64,000 nt of DNA from an uncultured Verrucomicrobiae bacterium (GTDB lineage Bacteria; Verrucomicrobiota; Verrucomicrobiia; Limisphaerales; Palsa-1400): NCBI GenBank assembly GCA_963764165.1, contig CAVXRD010000002.1:416001-480000 (forward strand). The letters are read 5' to 3'. A program made the position numbers and the translations under genes. The notes beneath the pieces were generated by a model. The model was given only the letters and a program-made list of their open reading frames with translations, was not told the DNA's origin and searched no databases. Positions 1-8,631 of this stretch are shown in pieces (the first letter of the stretch is position 1; every line of letters begins with the position of its first letter).

Positions 1-343
1 GGCGAACCGAGCGCGCAAGCAATCCCAGAGTCAAGGAGGCGCAGATGGCGGTAAAAATGTTCAACGCAAGGGGTTCCCACCCCGCCGGGAGCAATCGAAT
101 GGGCGCCGTTAGAACGATGAACAGCGGAGCCATGAACTCCTGCCGCCAAATGACTGGGTACGGCTGCCAGTCCCAGCCAGTGACCTGGGCCATGACTGGG
201 AGGCTCCGCAACGAGACCCAATGATTCAACGTCACCAGGTAAACAAGAAGCGCGCCCGCCACCACAAACCACGGCTTAAGGATCACCGGAGGCGGCAAGG
301 TCACCATCCGCGAGTCGGGCTTGCTCTGTTGTTCCGAAGTCAT
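1..343 (-). CDS. Membrane protein N-terminus (DUF2723/TMEM260-like glycosyltransferase-family candidate), runs off the left edge
   Basis: Hand-translated from ATG at 343: MTSEQQSKPD...PWFVVAGALLVYLVTLNHWVSL...PLALNIFTAICASLTLGLLARSVR. No stop before position 1, several hydrophobic helices. Not in the ORF track. Family assignment is by recall only. Confidence 0.65.
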   Translation of the reverse strand, partial: MTSEQQSKPDSRMVTLPPPVILKPWFVVAGALLVYLVTLNHWVSLRSLPVMAQVTGWDWQPYPVIWRQEFMAPLFIVLTAPIRLLPAGWEPLALNIFTAICASLTLGLLARSVR

Positions 344-372
344 GGTCGCTCGATTTTGTGGCATTGCCGGGA

Positions 373-1527
373 TTATGGCAAGGCTAGACGCGCCGCCCTA
401 AGGTCGGCGACGCATTCGACGTGCTGAGTTTGAGGAAACATATCCAGCGGGATTATTCGCTTCACCGTAAAGACACCCTCACCGCACAATATGTTCAAGT
501 CGCGCGATAATGTTGCAGGATGGCACGAAACGTAGAGCACCTGGCCAGGGCGCGTTTTCCTCAAAACCTCAAGCATTTCCGGCGGGCAGCCCGTTCGGGG
601 CGGGTCGAGAATGACCGTCGTGGCTTCCGGCTTGAAACGCCCCAACATGCGGGGCAGGAACGCCTCGGTTCGTCCGGCCAGGAATTGTCCGTTGGCCAGC
701 CCGCGAGCGGCGGCGTTCCGCCTGGCTGCCTGAATGGCGGCTGTATCCACTTCGACACCGGCGAATTCCTCGACCAGCCCGGCTAGTTCAATGCTGAAAA
801 AACCGACGCCGCAATAGGCATCGATCAAATACCGGGAGCCGCTGTCTTTCAAGCGCGAAGCGACCGCTTCGACCAATTTTGGCAGCAAGAAGAAATTGTT
901 TTGGAAAAACGAATCTCGCGGAACATCCCACCCTTCCGCCGCGGCGCGCAAGACGACTTTGATGCCGCCTTTGGGAGGCGGGGATTGGCGGACTAATTTG
1001 ATCTGCTCGTTGAGCGCCGGCTCGGCAATTTTGCATTCCTCAATGTCCACCACCAGCCGGTTGTCGGACCGAAGAAATCCGATGTTCAGCCCCTGCTTGA
1101 ATTTATCCCACTGCGAACGGATCATGATCCGGTTGCGGTATCCGTAAGGCTCGGGGCATGGAACCACAGGATCAACAATCGCAGGGTCAATGCCGCCGAT
1201 ACGCTGAAATAAATCGCAAGCTTGCTTGTGCTTCATCGCCAACTGCGCGGGATAGGCGATGTGCTGGTACTGGCACCCTCCGCATTCACCGAAGTACGGG
1301 CACAACGGCTGAACACGATCCGGCGAAGGCTCTATCACCTTCAGCAGGCGCGCGCGGCCAAACCGCTTCTTGACCTCCAGCAATTCGGCCTCAACCGTTT
1401 CTCCGAGCGCAACAAACGGAACAAAGACAACAAAGTCGTTCAGTCGCCCCACCCCTTCTCCGCCGAAGGCAATGTCATCAATGGTCAAACGCACTGTTTG
1501 ACCCGGAGCAACAGTCGGATTTTCCAC
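373..1527 (-). CDS. rlmD: 23S rRNA (uracil-5)-methyltransferase, RlmD/TrmA family with TRAM domain
   Basis: N-terminal TRAM domain, Fe-S motif CPYFGECGGCQ, SFFQ, DAYCGVG SAM motif, LDPPR, YVSC, DMFPQTQHVE. Confidence 0.9.
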   Translation of the reverse strand: MENPTVAPGQTVRLTIDDIAFGGEGVGRLNDFVVFVPFVALGETVEAELLEVKKRFGRARLLKVIEPSPDRVQPLCPYFGECGGCQYQHIAYPAQLAMKHKQACDLFQRIGGIDPAIVDPVVPCPEPYGYRNRIMIRSQWDKFKQGLNIGFLRSDNRLVVDIEECKIAEPALNEQIKLVRQSPPPKGGIKVVLRAAAEGWDVPRDSFFQNNFFLLPKLVEAVASRLKDSGSRYLIDAYCGVGFFSIELAGLVEEFAGVEVDTAAIQAARRNAAARGLANGQFLAGRTEAFLPRMLGRFKPEATTVILDPPRTGCPPEMLEVLRKTRPGQVLYVSCHPATLSRDLNILCGEGVFTVKRIIPLDMFPQTQHVECVADLRAARLALP

Positions 1528-1546
1528 GGTTTGGGGAATTTGATGC

Positions 1547-3532
1547 TTACGCCACCGCAGTAAGACGAGCGGTGGCCGGCTCTTTGGAGAGCGCAGCCTT
1601 GACCCGTTCCACGGTGTTTTGCGCCGTCAAACCATACTTCTCGCGAAGATGGTCAACGGTGGTGGCGTGCTCAATAAATTGATCGGGCCAGGCAATGCGT
1701 TCCACCGGCGTCGTGATGTGCTTTTCGCTCAACAATTCGATCACGCTGGCTCCGTAACCTCCGGGCAGCACATGATCTTCCAGTGTCACCACCAATTCCG
1801 CCGAACGGGAGAAGAAGTCGGTTGTTCCGGCGTCGATGGGCTTGGTGAAACGCGGGTTGATGACCGCGCAATCGTATCCCTCGGCGATGAGTTGCGAGGC
1901 TGCTTTCTCGGCGACGGAATGCATGTTGCCCAAGCCAAACAAAGCGACCTTCTTGCCGCCCTGGCCGGAGAAATTCCGCGTGACTTCGGCTTTGCCAATG
2001 TCGATTAACGCCGGTTGATCTTTAATCGTCACACCTTCGCCAGCGCCGCGGGGATAACGAATGAATATTGGGTGCTTCGAGTGCGTGGCGGTGAACATCA
2101 TATCGGCCAATTCGTCCTCATTGCGCGGCGCCATGGCAATGATGTTAGGCACGCAGCGCAGGTAGGCGATATCAAACAATCCGTGATGGGTCGGGCCGTC
2201 GTTGGCGGAAAGCCCGGCGCGATCCATGCAGAATATGACCGGCAAATCCTGCAAGGCCACATCATGCAGGATGCAATCGTAAGCGCGCTGCAAGAAGGTC
2301 GAGTAAATCGCGACCACCGGACGGAACCCCATCGTCGCCATTCCCGCCGCAAAGATCACAGCGTGCTCCTCGGCGATGCCGACGTCGTAATAACGGCGCG
2401 GCATGGCCCGCTCCAGCGCTTTCAAACCGGTGCCGGTCGGCATTGCGGCGGTGATTCCCACAATGGAATTGTCCTTCAGGCACAACTTGACCATCGTTTG
2501 CCCGAATACGTCCTGATACGCGGGCGGCGTGCCTGGTTTCGCGGCGGGAGTGTTGCCGGTAATGGGATCGTAAGGCCCGAGACCGTGAAATTTTTCGGGA
2601 TGCGTCAGTGCCGCTTCGTAGCCTTTTCCCTTCTTGGTGAGAACGTGCAGCACCACCGGTTTGTCACACGTCTTGGCATATTCCAGCGTGCTGATCAGCA
2701 ACGGCAAATCGTGACCATCGATCGGGCCCAAATAGCGCATTCCCATTTCCTCAAAAATCAGGCTGTTGCCATGCCCGCCGCGGCCATCCGGATCGACGCG
2801 CTCTGTATTTGGCTGCATCGAAACTCCCGCCACCGCGCTCTTGAGCGCTTCTTCCGCCTTGTGTCCGATTTTCATGGCGAGGTCGCCCTTCGGAAAGCGC
2901 TTGGCGAACTTTTCAACGTCCCGTTGAAGCTGATTGTAGCGCGGATTGGTGATGAGCTTGTTGAGATAACCCGAAATGGCGCCGACGTTCTTGGCAATGC
3001 TCCATTCGTTGTCGTTAAGAATGCCAATGAAACGCTTGGTGGTATGGGCGATGTTGTTCAATCCTTCAAATGAGATGCCGTTCGTCAACGCCGCATCTCC
3101 AAAAATACAGACCACATTCTCATCCGATCCGCGCTGGTCGCGAGCCGCGCACATCCCCAAAGCCGCCGAGATGGCGGTGCCGGCATGCCCGGCGCCATAA
3201 CAATCATGCTCGCTCTCCGTGCGCAAAGAGAAACCGTTGAGGCCGTTGGTCGTGCGAATCGTGTCAAATCGATTTTTCCGGCCCGTCAACAGCTTGTGAA
3301 CGTAGCTCTGATGGCTGACATCCCATACAAACTTGTCGACCGGCGTGGAGAACACGCGGTGCAAAGCGATGGTCAACTCCACCACACCCAGGTTTGGGCC
3401 GAGATGACCGCCATATTTGGCAAGCTTGTTGATGAGCTCGTAGCGGATTTCCTCGGCTAGCTGCGTCATTTGTGGCAGCGTTAAGTTTTTGACGTGCGAT
3501 GGATGGTCTACCATGTCGAGATAACGATTCAT
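1547..3532 (-). CDS. dxs: 1-deoxy-D-xylulose-5-phosphate synthase
   Basis: GGHLGPNLGVVELTIALH, WDVSHQSYVHK, GDAALT..NDN TPP motif, DVGIAEEHAV, DGPTHHG. Confidence 0.97.
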   Translation of the reverse strand: MNRYLDMVDHPSHVKNLTLPQMTQLAEEIRYELINKLAKYGGHLGPNLGVVELTIALHRVFSTPVDKFVWDVSHQSYVHKLLTGRKNRFDTIRTTNGLNGFSLRTESEHDCYGAGHAGTAISAALGMCAARDQRGSDENVVCIFGDAALTNGISFEGLNNIAHTTKRFIGILNDNEWSIAKNVGAISGYLNKLITNPRYNQLQRDVEKFAKRFPKGDLAMKIGHKAEEALKSAVAGVSMQPNTERVDPDGRGGHGNSLIFEEMGMRYLGPIDGHDLPLLISTLEYAKTCDKPVVLHVLTKKGKGYEAALTHPEKFHGLGPYDPITGNTPAAKPGTPPAYQDVFGQTMVKLCLKDNSIVGITAAMPTGTGLKALERAMPRRYYDVGIAEEHAVIFAAGMATMGFRPVVAIYSTFLQRAYDCILHDVALQDLPVIFCMDRAGLSANDGPTHHGLFDIAYLRCVPNIIAMAPRNEDELADMMFTATHSKHPIFIRYPRGAGEGVTIKDQPALIDIGKAEVTRNFSGQGGKKVALFGLGNMHSVAEKAASQLIAEGYDCAVINPRFTKPIDAGTTDFFSRSAELVVTLEDHVLPGGYGASVIELLSEKHITTPVERIAWPDQFIEHATTVDHLREKYGLTAQNTVERVKAALSKEPATARLTAVA

Positions 3533-3804
3533 TGGATTTGCTCCGGCGGCGTTAACGGCTTCAAAGCCAGGCCACCTTTGGCAGTTTTCTCTAATTGTTG
3601 AATTTTCAATTCAGCTTCGGTCAATTTTTCCTGACAAACGACTGCAAGGCGAGAACCTTCCTCATAACGTGCCAGCAAAGTTTCCAAAGGCAAGTCCTGC
3701 CCTTCCATGGATTCCACAATCGACTCCAGTCGTTTGAGGGCATCCTCGAAGGGCAGATTCTCGGATTCGTTTGCCGGCTTGTCCGCACCCGCAGCGTTAG
3801 ACAT
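3529..3804 (-). CDS. xseB: Exodeoxyribonuclease VII small subunit
   Basis: FEDALKRLESIVESME...LPLE...YEEG...AELKI; classic xseB-dxs synteny with 4-bp overlap. Confidence 0.93.
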   Translation of the reverse strand: MSNAAGADKPANESENLPFEDALKRLESIVESMEGQDLPLETLLARYEEGSRLAVVCQEKLTEAELKIQQLEKTAKGGLALKPLTPPEQIQ

Positions 3805-3879
3805 GAAGCCACATTATCCGAAGCGGAGCGGCGCGTCGAGAGAGAATGGGAGGAACAGGGCAGACGCATCTTAATTCCG

Positions 3880-3967
3880 CGGTAGCGCCTCGCCGAGGCG
3901 TCCGGTTGCGCGTGAAAATGCTTCTGGCGTTGTGCGTGAATAACGCCTCACCCCGGACGCCTCGGCG
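3880..3967. repeat. GTAG-type REP doublet (REPIN-like); second REP interrupted by IS1182
   Basis: GGTAGCGCCTCGCCGAGGCGTCC...GGACGCCTCGGCG|IS|(GGCG)AGGCGTCCCTACC; removing the IS restores the palindrome GGACGCCTCGGCGAGGCGTCCCTACC. Confidence 0.8.
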
Positions 3968-5650
3968 GAGACTGTCTTAAAACGTTTTAGTCTGGCCGAT
4001 CTGGTTATATGGGCACCAATAGGGGCTGTGGAAACGGGTGTCAACTTTTAGTTGTCAGAGCGTGGCTGGCGTCAGCGATGACGCCAAGCTTCCCTTTCCC
4101 TCCTTTTTTAGGCCGCCATCGCCAAATTTCCTTCAACCGCGGCGGTTTTGACTTCCATTTTCGGCGTCTGGACCCGGGCCTGCCACTTTTTATAGAGGAT
4201 TCGCAGGTTCAAGGTGGCGCATAACAAGGCCCATTGGGCTTGCACGGCTTCCAGACCCCAAACTGTCCAACGCCGAAAGCCGTCGTGTTGCTTGAGCTGC
4301 CCAAACCGGCGTTCGATGATCTCTTTGCGCTTTCCATAAAGCGCGGCGGGTCCTGGCTCTTGCAGCCGGGCCCGCATGGCTTGCACCAGCGTGGTGTGCG
4401 GCCACACTTCGACTTGCCGCCCTTTGGGATCGCGGCTGCAGAGGGCGCGCACGGGACAGTCTCGGTGATGGCAGCGGAAGCGCTCAACGGTCTGGCCTTT
4501 CTTGGTGGTCTGGCCTTCGTGGTCCAGAAGGCGCTCTTGCGGGCAGGTGACGGTGTGGGCCGCCTCGTCATAATGAAAATGCTGCGTCGCGTAGGCGTTG
4601 TCGTGGGCTGGCTTGCCCTCCGCCGGCGGGGCCAGCACATTCATCTGCTGTTCCACGGCCGCTTTCAAGTCGGCCCCGCCCCCATAGCCGGCGTCGGCGG
4701 CGGTGAGGGTTGGAATGGCCGCCGGACCGAGGTTTTGCCTCGCTTCTTCAATCATGGGGACCAGCTGGCCGGCGTCGGTTTCCTGGCGGGTGGCTTGACA
4801 GGCGACCATGATGCCCTCCTGGCTGTCGGCCACCGCCTGGGCGTTGTAGGCAAAGCGGTTGGTGTCGCCGACTTTCATCCGGCGCGCCTCCGGTTCGGCT
4901 GGATGGTAATGGTGGCGCCCGTCGGCCTGCAGCTGGGCCAGGCCTTTTTTGATTTCCTCGCGCAGGGCCTGGCGCTGGGCCAACCCGGCGGGCAGCCGGC
5001 AGCCCGGTGCGCTGGAATCCTGGTTCTCCGCCACGACTTTGAGCTCGATTTCCTCCAAGGCGCCATCCAGCTGGGCCAGGAGCTTCTCCATGTAAACCTT
5101 GCTCCAGCCCTGCGGCCCGCTGCAGGCGGCTTGAATCTTGGTGCCGTCCAACGCTTGCAAGGCAAATCCCACCGCCCCGGTGCGGAGGGCCAGCTGCACG
5201 GTTTGCTTGAAAACCTGGCGCAGGGCCTTTTTGTTTCCGTCCCAGAACCGCCAGAGGCTGTTGTGGTCGGGGGCGTTGAGCCCCGTCAGCCACAGCAGCG
5301 AGACATGCTCCGTGCAGGCGGTTTCCAGCTTGCGGGTGGAGCGAATGCGGTGGAAATAACCGTAAAGCCAAATCTTGAGCAGGAGGCTGGGGGCATAGGG
5401 CGGACGGCCTTCGGCGGCGGCGGGAATGACAAACCCAAGCTGGGGCAGATCCAACTGGTCGACAAATTCGCGCAGGAAGCGGGCGGGATGGTCGGCGGAC
5501 ACCCAGTCCTCCAGGGCGGGCGGGAGGAGGAACTGCTGTCCGTAATCAGGGGCAATCGGTTGAGCCATATTTGTTGAACGGCATTGTCAACTAAAGGCTC
5601 ACATATTGTCAAATACATTCCTCAAAAAACAGAAGTTTTGAGACAATCTC
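3968..5650 (-). mobile_element. IS1182-family insertion sequence
   Basis: Terminal IRs GAGACTGTCTTAAAAC (3968) and GTTTTGAGACAATCTC (ends 5650), 14/16 match; 4-bp direct repeat GGCG at 3964-3967 and 5651-5654. Confidence 0.9.
4108..5568 (-). CDS. IS1182-family DDE transposase
   Basis: QQFLLPPALEDW..DHPAR, GRPPYAP..LLKIWLYGY, DGTKIQA, ADAGY, C-terminal Cys cluster, RKEIIERRFGQLK. Confidence 0.93.
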   Translation of the reverse strand: MAQPIAPDYGQQFLLPPALEDWVSADHPARFLREFVDQLDLPQLGFVIPAAAEGRPPYAPSLLLKIWLYGYFHRIRSTRKLETACTEHVSLLWLTGLNAPDHNSLWRFWDGNKKALRQVFKQTVQLALRTGAVGFALQALDGTKIQAACSGPQGWSKVYMEKLLAQLDGALEEIELKVVAENQDSSAPGCRLPAGLAQRQALREEIKKGLAQLQADGRHHYHPAEPEARRMKVGDTNRFAYNAQAVADSQEGIMVACQATRQETDAGQLVPMIEEARQNLGPAAIPTLTAADAGYGGGADLKAAVEQQMNVLAPPAEGKPAHDNAYATQHFHYDEAAHTVTCPQERLLDHEGQTTKKGQTVERFRCHHRDCPVRALCSRDPKGRQVEVWPHTTLVQAMRARLQEPGPAALYGKRKEIIERRFGQLKQHDGFRRWTVWGLEAVQAQWALLCATLNLRILYKKWQARVQTPKMEVKTAAVEGNLAMAA

Positions 5651-5824
5651 GGCGAGGCGTCCCTACCAATCAACGAGCTGGGCGCTCGTTGATTTTCAAT
5701 GGATTACGAGAATTAAGATGCGTCTGCCCTGATGGGAGGAATGAGAGAAGTGCGAGGGAGGGGAATGGGCGCGGTCTCGTTGAATGGAGCGGACGGAAGG
5801 ATTGAAACACTCCTCTCCATCCGA

Positions 5825-5935
5825 TAATTATATGATATCCAAAAAGTGGCAACATCCGTTACATGGTTGATTGCGAGGCGTTTAAGTGGCAACAAAAATG
5901 GCAACAAGGTGGCAACAGACTGGCAACATTTTGGC
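5825..5935 (+). repeat. Copy 1 of a ~100-bp GG(T/C)AACA-repeat element
   Basis: ATATCCAAAAAGTGGCAACATCCGTTACATGGTTGATT...GGCAACA x4; aligns with 11945-12045 (reverse) and 17655-17750. Confidence 0.7.
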
Positions 5936-6028
5936 GGCGCGTCAAAAATTTGCGCAGGCTCTTTGCAAAATCGAATTGCGGAAAGCATTCGCAGATGGCT
6001 GGCATCAATACTGCTGGAATCAATTCAC

Positions 6029-7585
6029 ATGGCGCTCAAAGAATACGTCCGCAAACGGGATTTCAAAAAGACCGCCGAGCCTCGCGGGCGAATCGAGACC
6101 AAACCTTCTTCGCATCGTTTCGTCATCCAGAAGCACGATGCCTCACGGCTGCACTACGATTTTCGCCTGGAGATGGATGGCGTGCTGAAATCCTGGGCCG
6201 TGCCCAAAGGCCCGCCCTATTCCAAAGCGGATAAGCGGCTCGCCGTCGAGGTTGAGGATCACCCGGTTTCCTACATTGATTTTGAAGGCACCATTCCGAA
6301 GGGGCAATACGGCGGCGGGACGGTGATGGTCTGGGATCGCGGAACGTTCGAAGCCACCAGCGAGACGCCGGAAAAAGATCTGGCCGGTGGCAAACTCCAC
6401 TTTCAGTTGCACGGCAAAAAACTCAACGGCGAGTGGTATCTGGTGCGCCTCAAAGACGAAAAGCAATGGCTCCTGATCAAGGCCGGCGAAAGCATGAAGC
6501 CAATCTCCGCCAAACAAGACGACACATCCGCCATCTCTGGCAAATCTATGAAACAACTTTCGCGCAGCGGCCAAGTCTGGGAATCCAATCGCGCTTCTCA
6601 GGAGCAGCCCGAACTCGTTCAACCGCCCGCCAAAGCGCCGGCCGGCAAAGCCTCGGCCAAATCGAAAGGCGCGGAATTGGAAGTCGACGGCGTGAAAATG
6701 AAGGTCAGCAATCTCGGCAAAATTTACTATCCAAAAACGGGATTCACCAAGGGAAATGTCATCGACTATTACATCCGCATTTCGCCCTTCCTGCTGCCTC
6801 ATTTGAAGAATCGCCCCATCACGCTGAAACGCTATCCCGAAGGCGTTGAAGGATTTTTCTTTTACGAAAAACAGTGCCCGGCCAACAAACCGGAGTGGAT
6901 GAACACAACGGATGTTCCAAGGTCGGACGGATCCATCATTCATTACTGCCTTGTTGACACGCTTCCAAGCCTCGTCTGGGCGGCCAACATGTCGGACCTG
7001 GAGCTGCATACATTTCTCCATCGGACACCCGCCATCGCGCGCCCAACAATCCTGGCCTTCGACCTGGACCCCGGCCCGCCGGCGGACATCGTTCTTTGCA
7101 GCACCGTTGGCCTGCGATTGAAGGCGCTGTTCGATTCGCTGAAGCTCAAATGCTTTGCGAAGACTTCGGGATCAAAGGGGCTCCAAGTATACGTTCCGCT
7201 AAACACCCCGGCGGCTTACAAGCAAACGAAATCCTTCGCCCGCGAAGTGGCCGCCGCGCTCGAGCGCGAATTTCCAGAAATGGTGCTGCAAAAAATGCAG
7301 CGCGATTTGAGAAAGGGAAAAGTATTCGTGGATTGGAGCCAGAACGACGACCACAAAACGACGGTCAGCGTTTACTCGCTCCGGGCCAGGGAGCATCCCA
7401 CAGTTTCGACTCCGGTCACCTGGGACGAAGTGGCGGCGGCCGCGAAAAAGAACGACGCCAAACGATTGGTATTTGAGACGGAAGACGTCCTCAAACGAGT
7501 GGAGAAAGATGGCGACTTGTTCGCTGAGGTGCAGACTCTGAAACAGAAACTGCCAAATATAAACGCGAACGAGATGAGTTTTTAA
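6029..7585 (+). CDS. ligD: NHEJ LigD-type protein: 3'-phosphoesterase + primase/polymerase domains, no ligase domain
   Basis: ATG 6029 MALKEYVRKRDF; PE motifs FVIQKHDASRLHYDFRLE and SWAVPKGP; PolDom motifs RYPEG, FDLDP, KTSGSKGLQ, VDWSQN. No KxDGxR ligase motif. Confidence 0.88.
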   Translation: MALKEYVRKRDFKKTAEPRGRIETKPSSHRFVIQKHDASRLHYDFRLEMDGVLKSWAVPKGPPYSKADKRLAVEVEDHPVSYIDFEGTIPKGQYGGGTVMVWDRGTFEATSETPEKDLAGGKLHFQLHGKKLNGEWYLVRLKDEKQWLLIKAGESMKPISAKQDDTSAISGKSMKQLSRSGQVWESNRASQEQPELVQPPAKAPAGKASAKSKGAELEVDGVKMKVSNLGKIYYPKTGFTKGNVIDYYIRISPFLLPHLKNRPITLKRYPEGVEGFFFYEKQCPANKPEWMNTTDVPRSDGSIIHYCLVDTLPSLVWAANMSDLELHTFLHRTPAIARPTILAFDLDPGPPADIVLCSTVGLRLKALFDSLKLKCFAKTSGSKGLQVYVPLNTPAAYKQTKSFAREVAAALEREFPEMVLQKMQRDLRKGKVFVDWSQNDDHKTTVSVYSLRAREHPTVSTPVTWDEVAAAAKKNDAKRLVFETEDVLKRVEKDGDLFAEVQTLKQKLPNINANEMSF

Positions 7586-7647
7586 TTGAACGAGCCCCGG
7601 GCTCGTTGATTGGCAGGGACGCCTCGGAATTGACTGGCAGGGTCCTG

Positions 7648-8220
7648 ATGCTAAACTCGGGCGTGCCTCAGACATTCACAGGTGCGGAATTGAGATTGGA
7701 CGAGTGGTTCGCGGAATTAGACCGTCATACCCGGCGCATTCCGCTGGCCGTTCTGACGGAGGGTCTGAAGCGCCTGCGGATTGACGCGAATGAAGTCCAG
7801 CCTTTCGTGCAATTTTCTCCAGAGCGGTATCGCCGCAATCTGATGCGGGCCGGTCCCGCTTACCATGCGTTGATGCTATGCTGGCGCAACGGACAGCGCA
7901 GCCCCATCCACGACCATCGCGGCTCCGCCTGCGGAGTGCGTGTGATAAGTGGCGAAGCGACCGAAACGATTTTTGAGATGACCGACGAGGGCCATGTTTT
8001 TCCGACGCGGACCCGCAAGCTCAGCGAGGGTTTCATTTGCGCGACCGAAGATCTGGACATGCACCAGCTATCGAATCTCCAATCGAACAAAGCGGACTTG
8101 ATCACTCTGCACATCTATTCGCCGCCGCTGCTAGAGATGGGCCAGTATTCGCTGATGGATTCAGAGGTGCGCGAATTTAAGGACGAGATCCACCAGTTCA
8201 TGCATGGGTCGGGGATTTAG
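7648..8220 (+). CDS. Cysteine dioxygenase type I family (cupin)
   Basis: YRRNL, CW...QRSPIHDH, H..SN, TLHIYSPPL. Confidence 0.88.
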   Translation: MLNSGVPQTFTGAELRLDEWFAELDRHTRRIPLAVLTEGLKRLRIDANEVQPFVQFSPERYRRNLMRAGPAYHALMLCWRNGQRSPIHDHRGSACGVRVISGEATETIFEMTDEGHVFPTRTRKLSEGFICATEDLDMHQLSNLQSNKADLITLHIYSPPLLEMGQYSLMDSEVREFKDEIHQFMHGSGI

Positions 8221-8410
8221 CGTGATCAGAAAATGCCGGCGCTAACCAGACGCTGGCCTCGTCATTTGCGAACAACCCCTCGCCGGAACACTGCCCGTCC
8301 CAAGTGCCCGCGTACGCGTCAACATGCTCCTGCATTGGGTTCGCGACCGATTTCGCCTTGCACTGGCGGGCCAGATGGGCGGGCAATCGAATCGCCAACG
8401 TCTTTGTCAT
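8198..8410 (-). pseudogene. Possible decayed RHH antitoxin/PIN toxin remnant
   Basis: MTKTLAIRLPAHLAR resembles an RHH N-terminus; the tail VWLAPAFSDH resembles the start of PIN toxins. Too short and fused. Confidence 0.3.
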
Positions 8411-8498
8411 ACACTCCCAAGTGTTACAGAAATTACAGCAAGACCTCAAGGCTGGAAACATTGCGCTTTTGAGCCGATCAACCACCCCGGAGGCTCGC

Positions 8499-8585
8499 AA
8501 CAGAAGGAAACGAAGTAAACGAGGAGGGACAAGTCCTTTGTTCGGCGCGGTTCTCCCTCCTTCGTTCACTTCGTTTCCTTCTGTT
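8499..8585. repeat. Long imperfect hairpin (AACAG-A/G-AGGAA repeat family)
   Basis: AACAGAAGGAAACGAAGTAAACGAGGAGGGA ... TCCCTCCTTCGTTCACTTCGTTTCCTTCTGTT; related hairpins at ~12090-12186 and 29190-29472. Confidence 0.7.
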
Positions 8586-8631
8586 GGCCCTTTTTCCTGT
8601 GTTCATGAGTTCCAGATTCATTTTGTCCCTG

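Noticed and set aside
5846..5935. CRISPR array, or an N-terminal extension of LigD from GTG 5846
   Set aside because: Repeats are 7 bp with 3-4 bp gaps and there are no cas genes; the extension merely translates the repeat element, and LigD homology starts at 6029.
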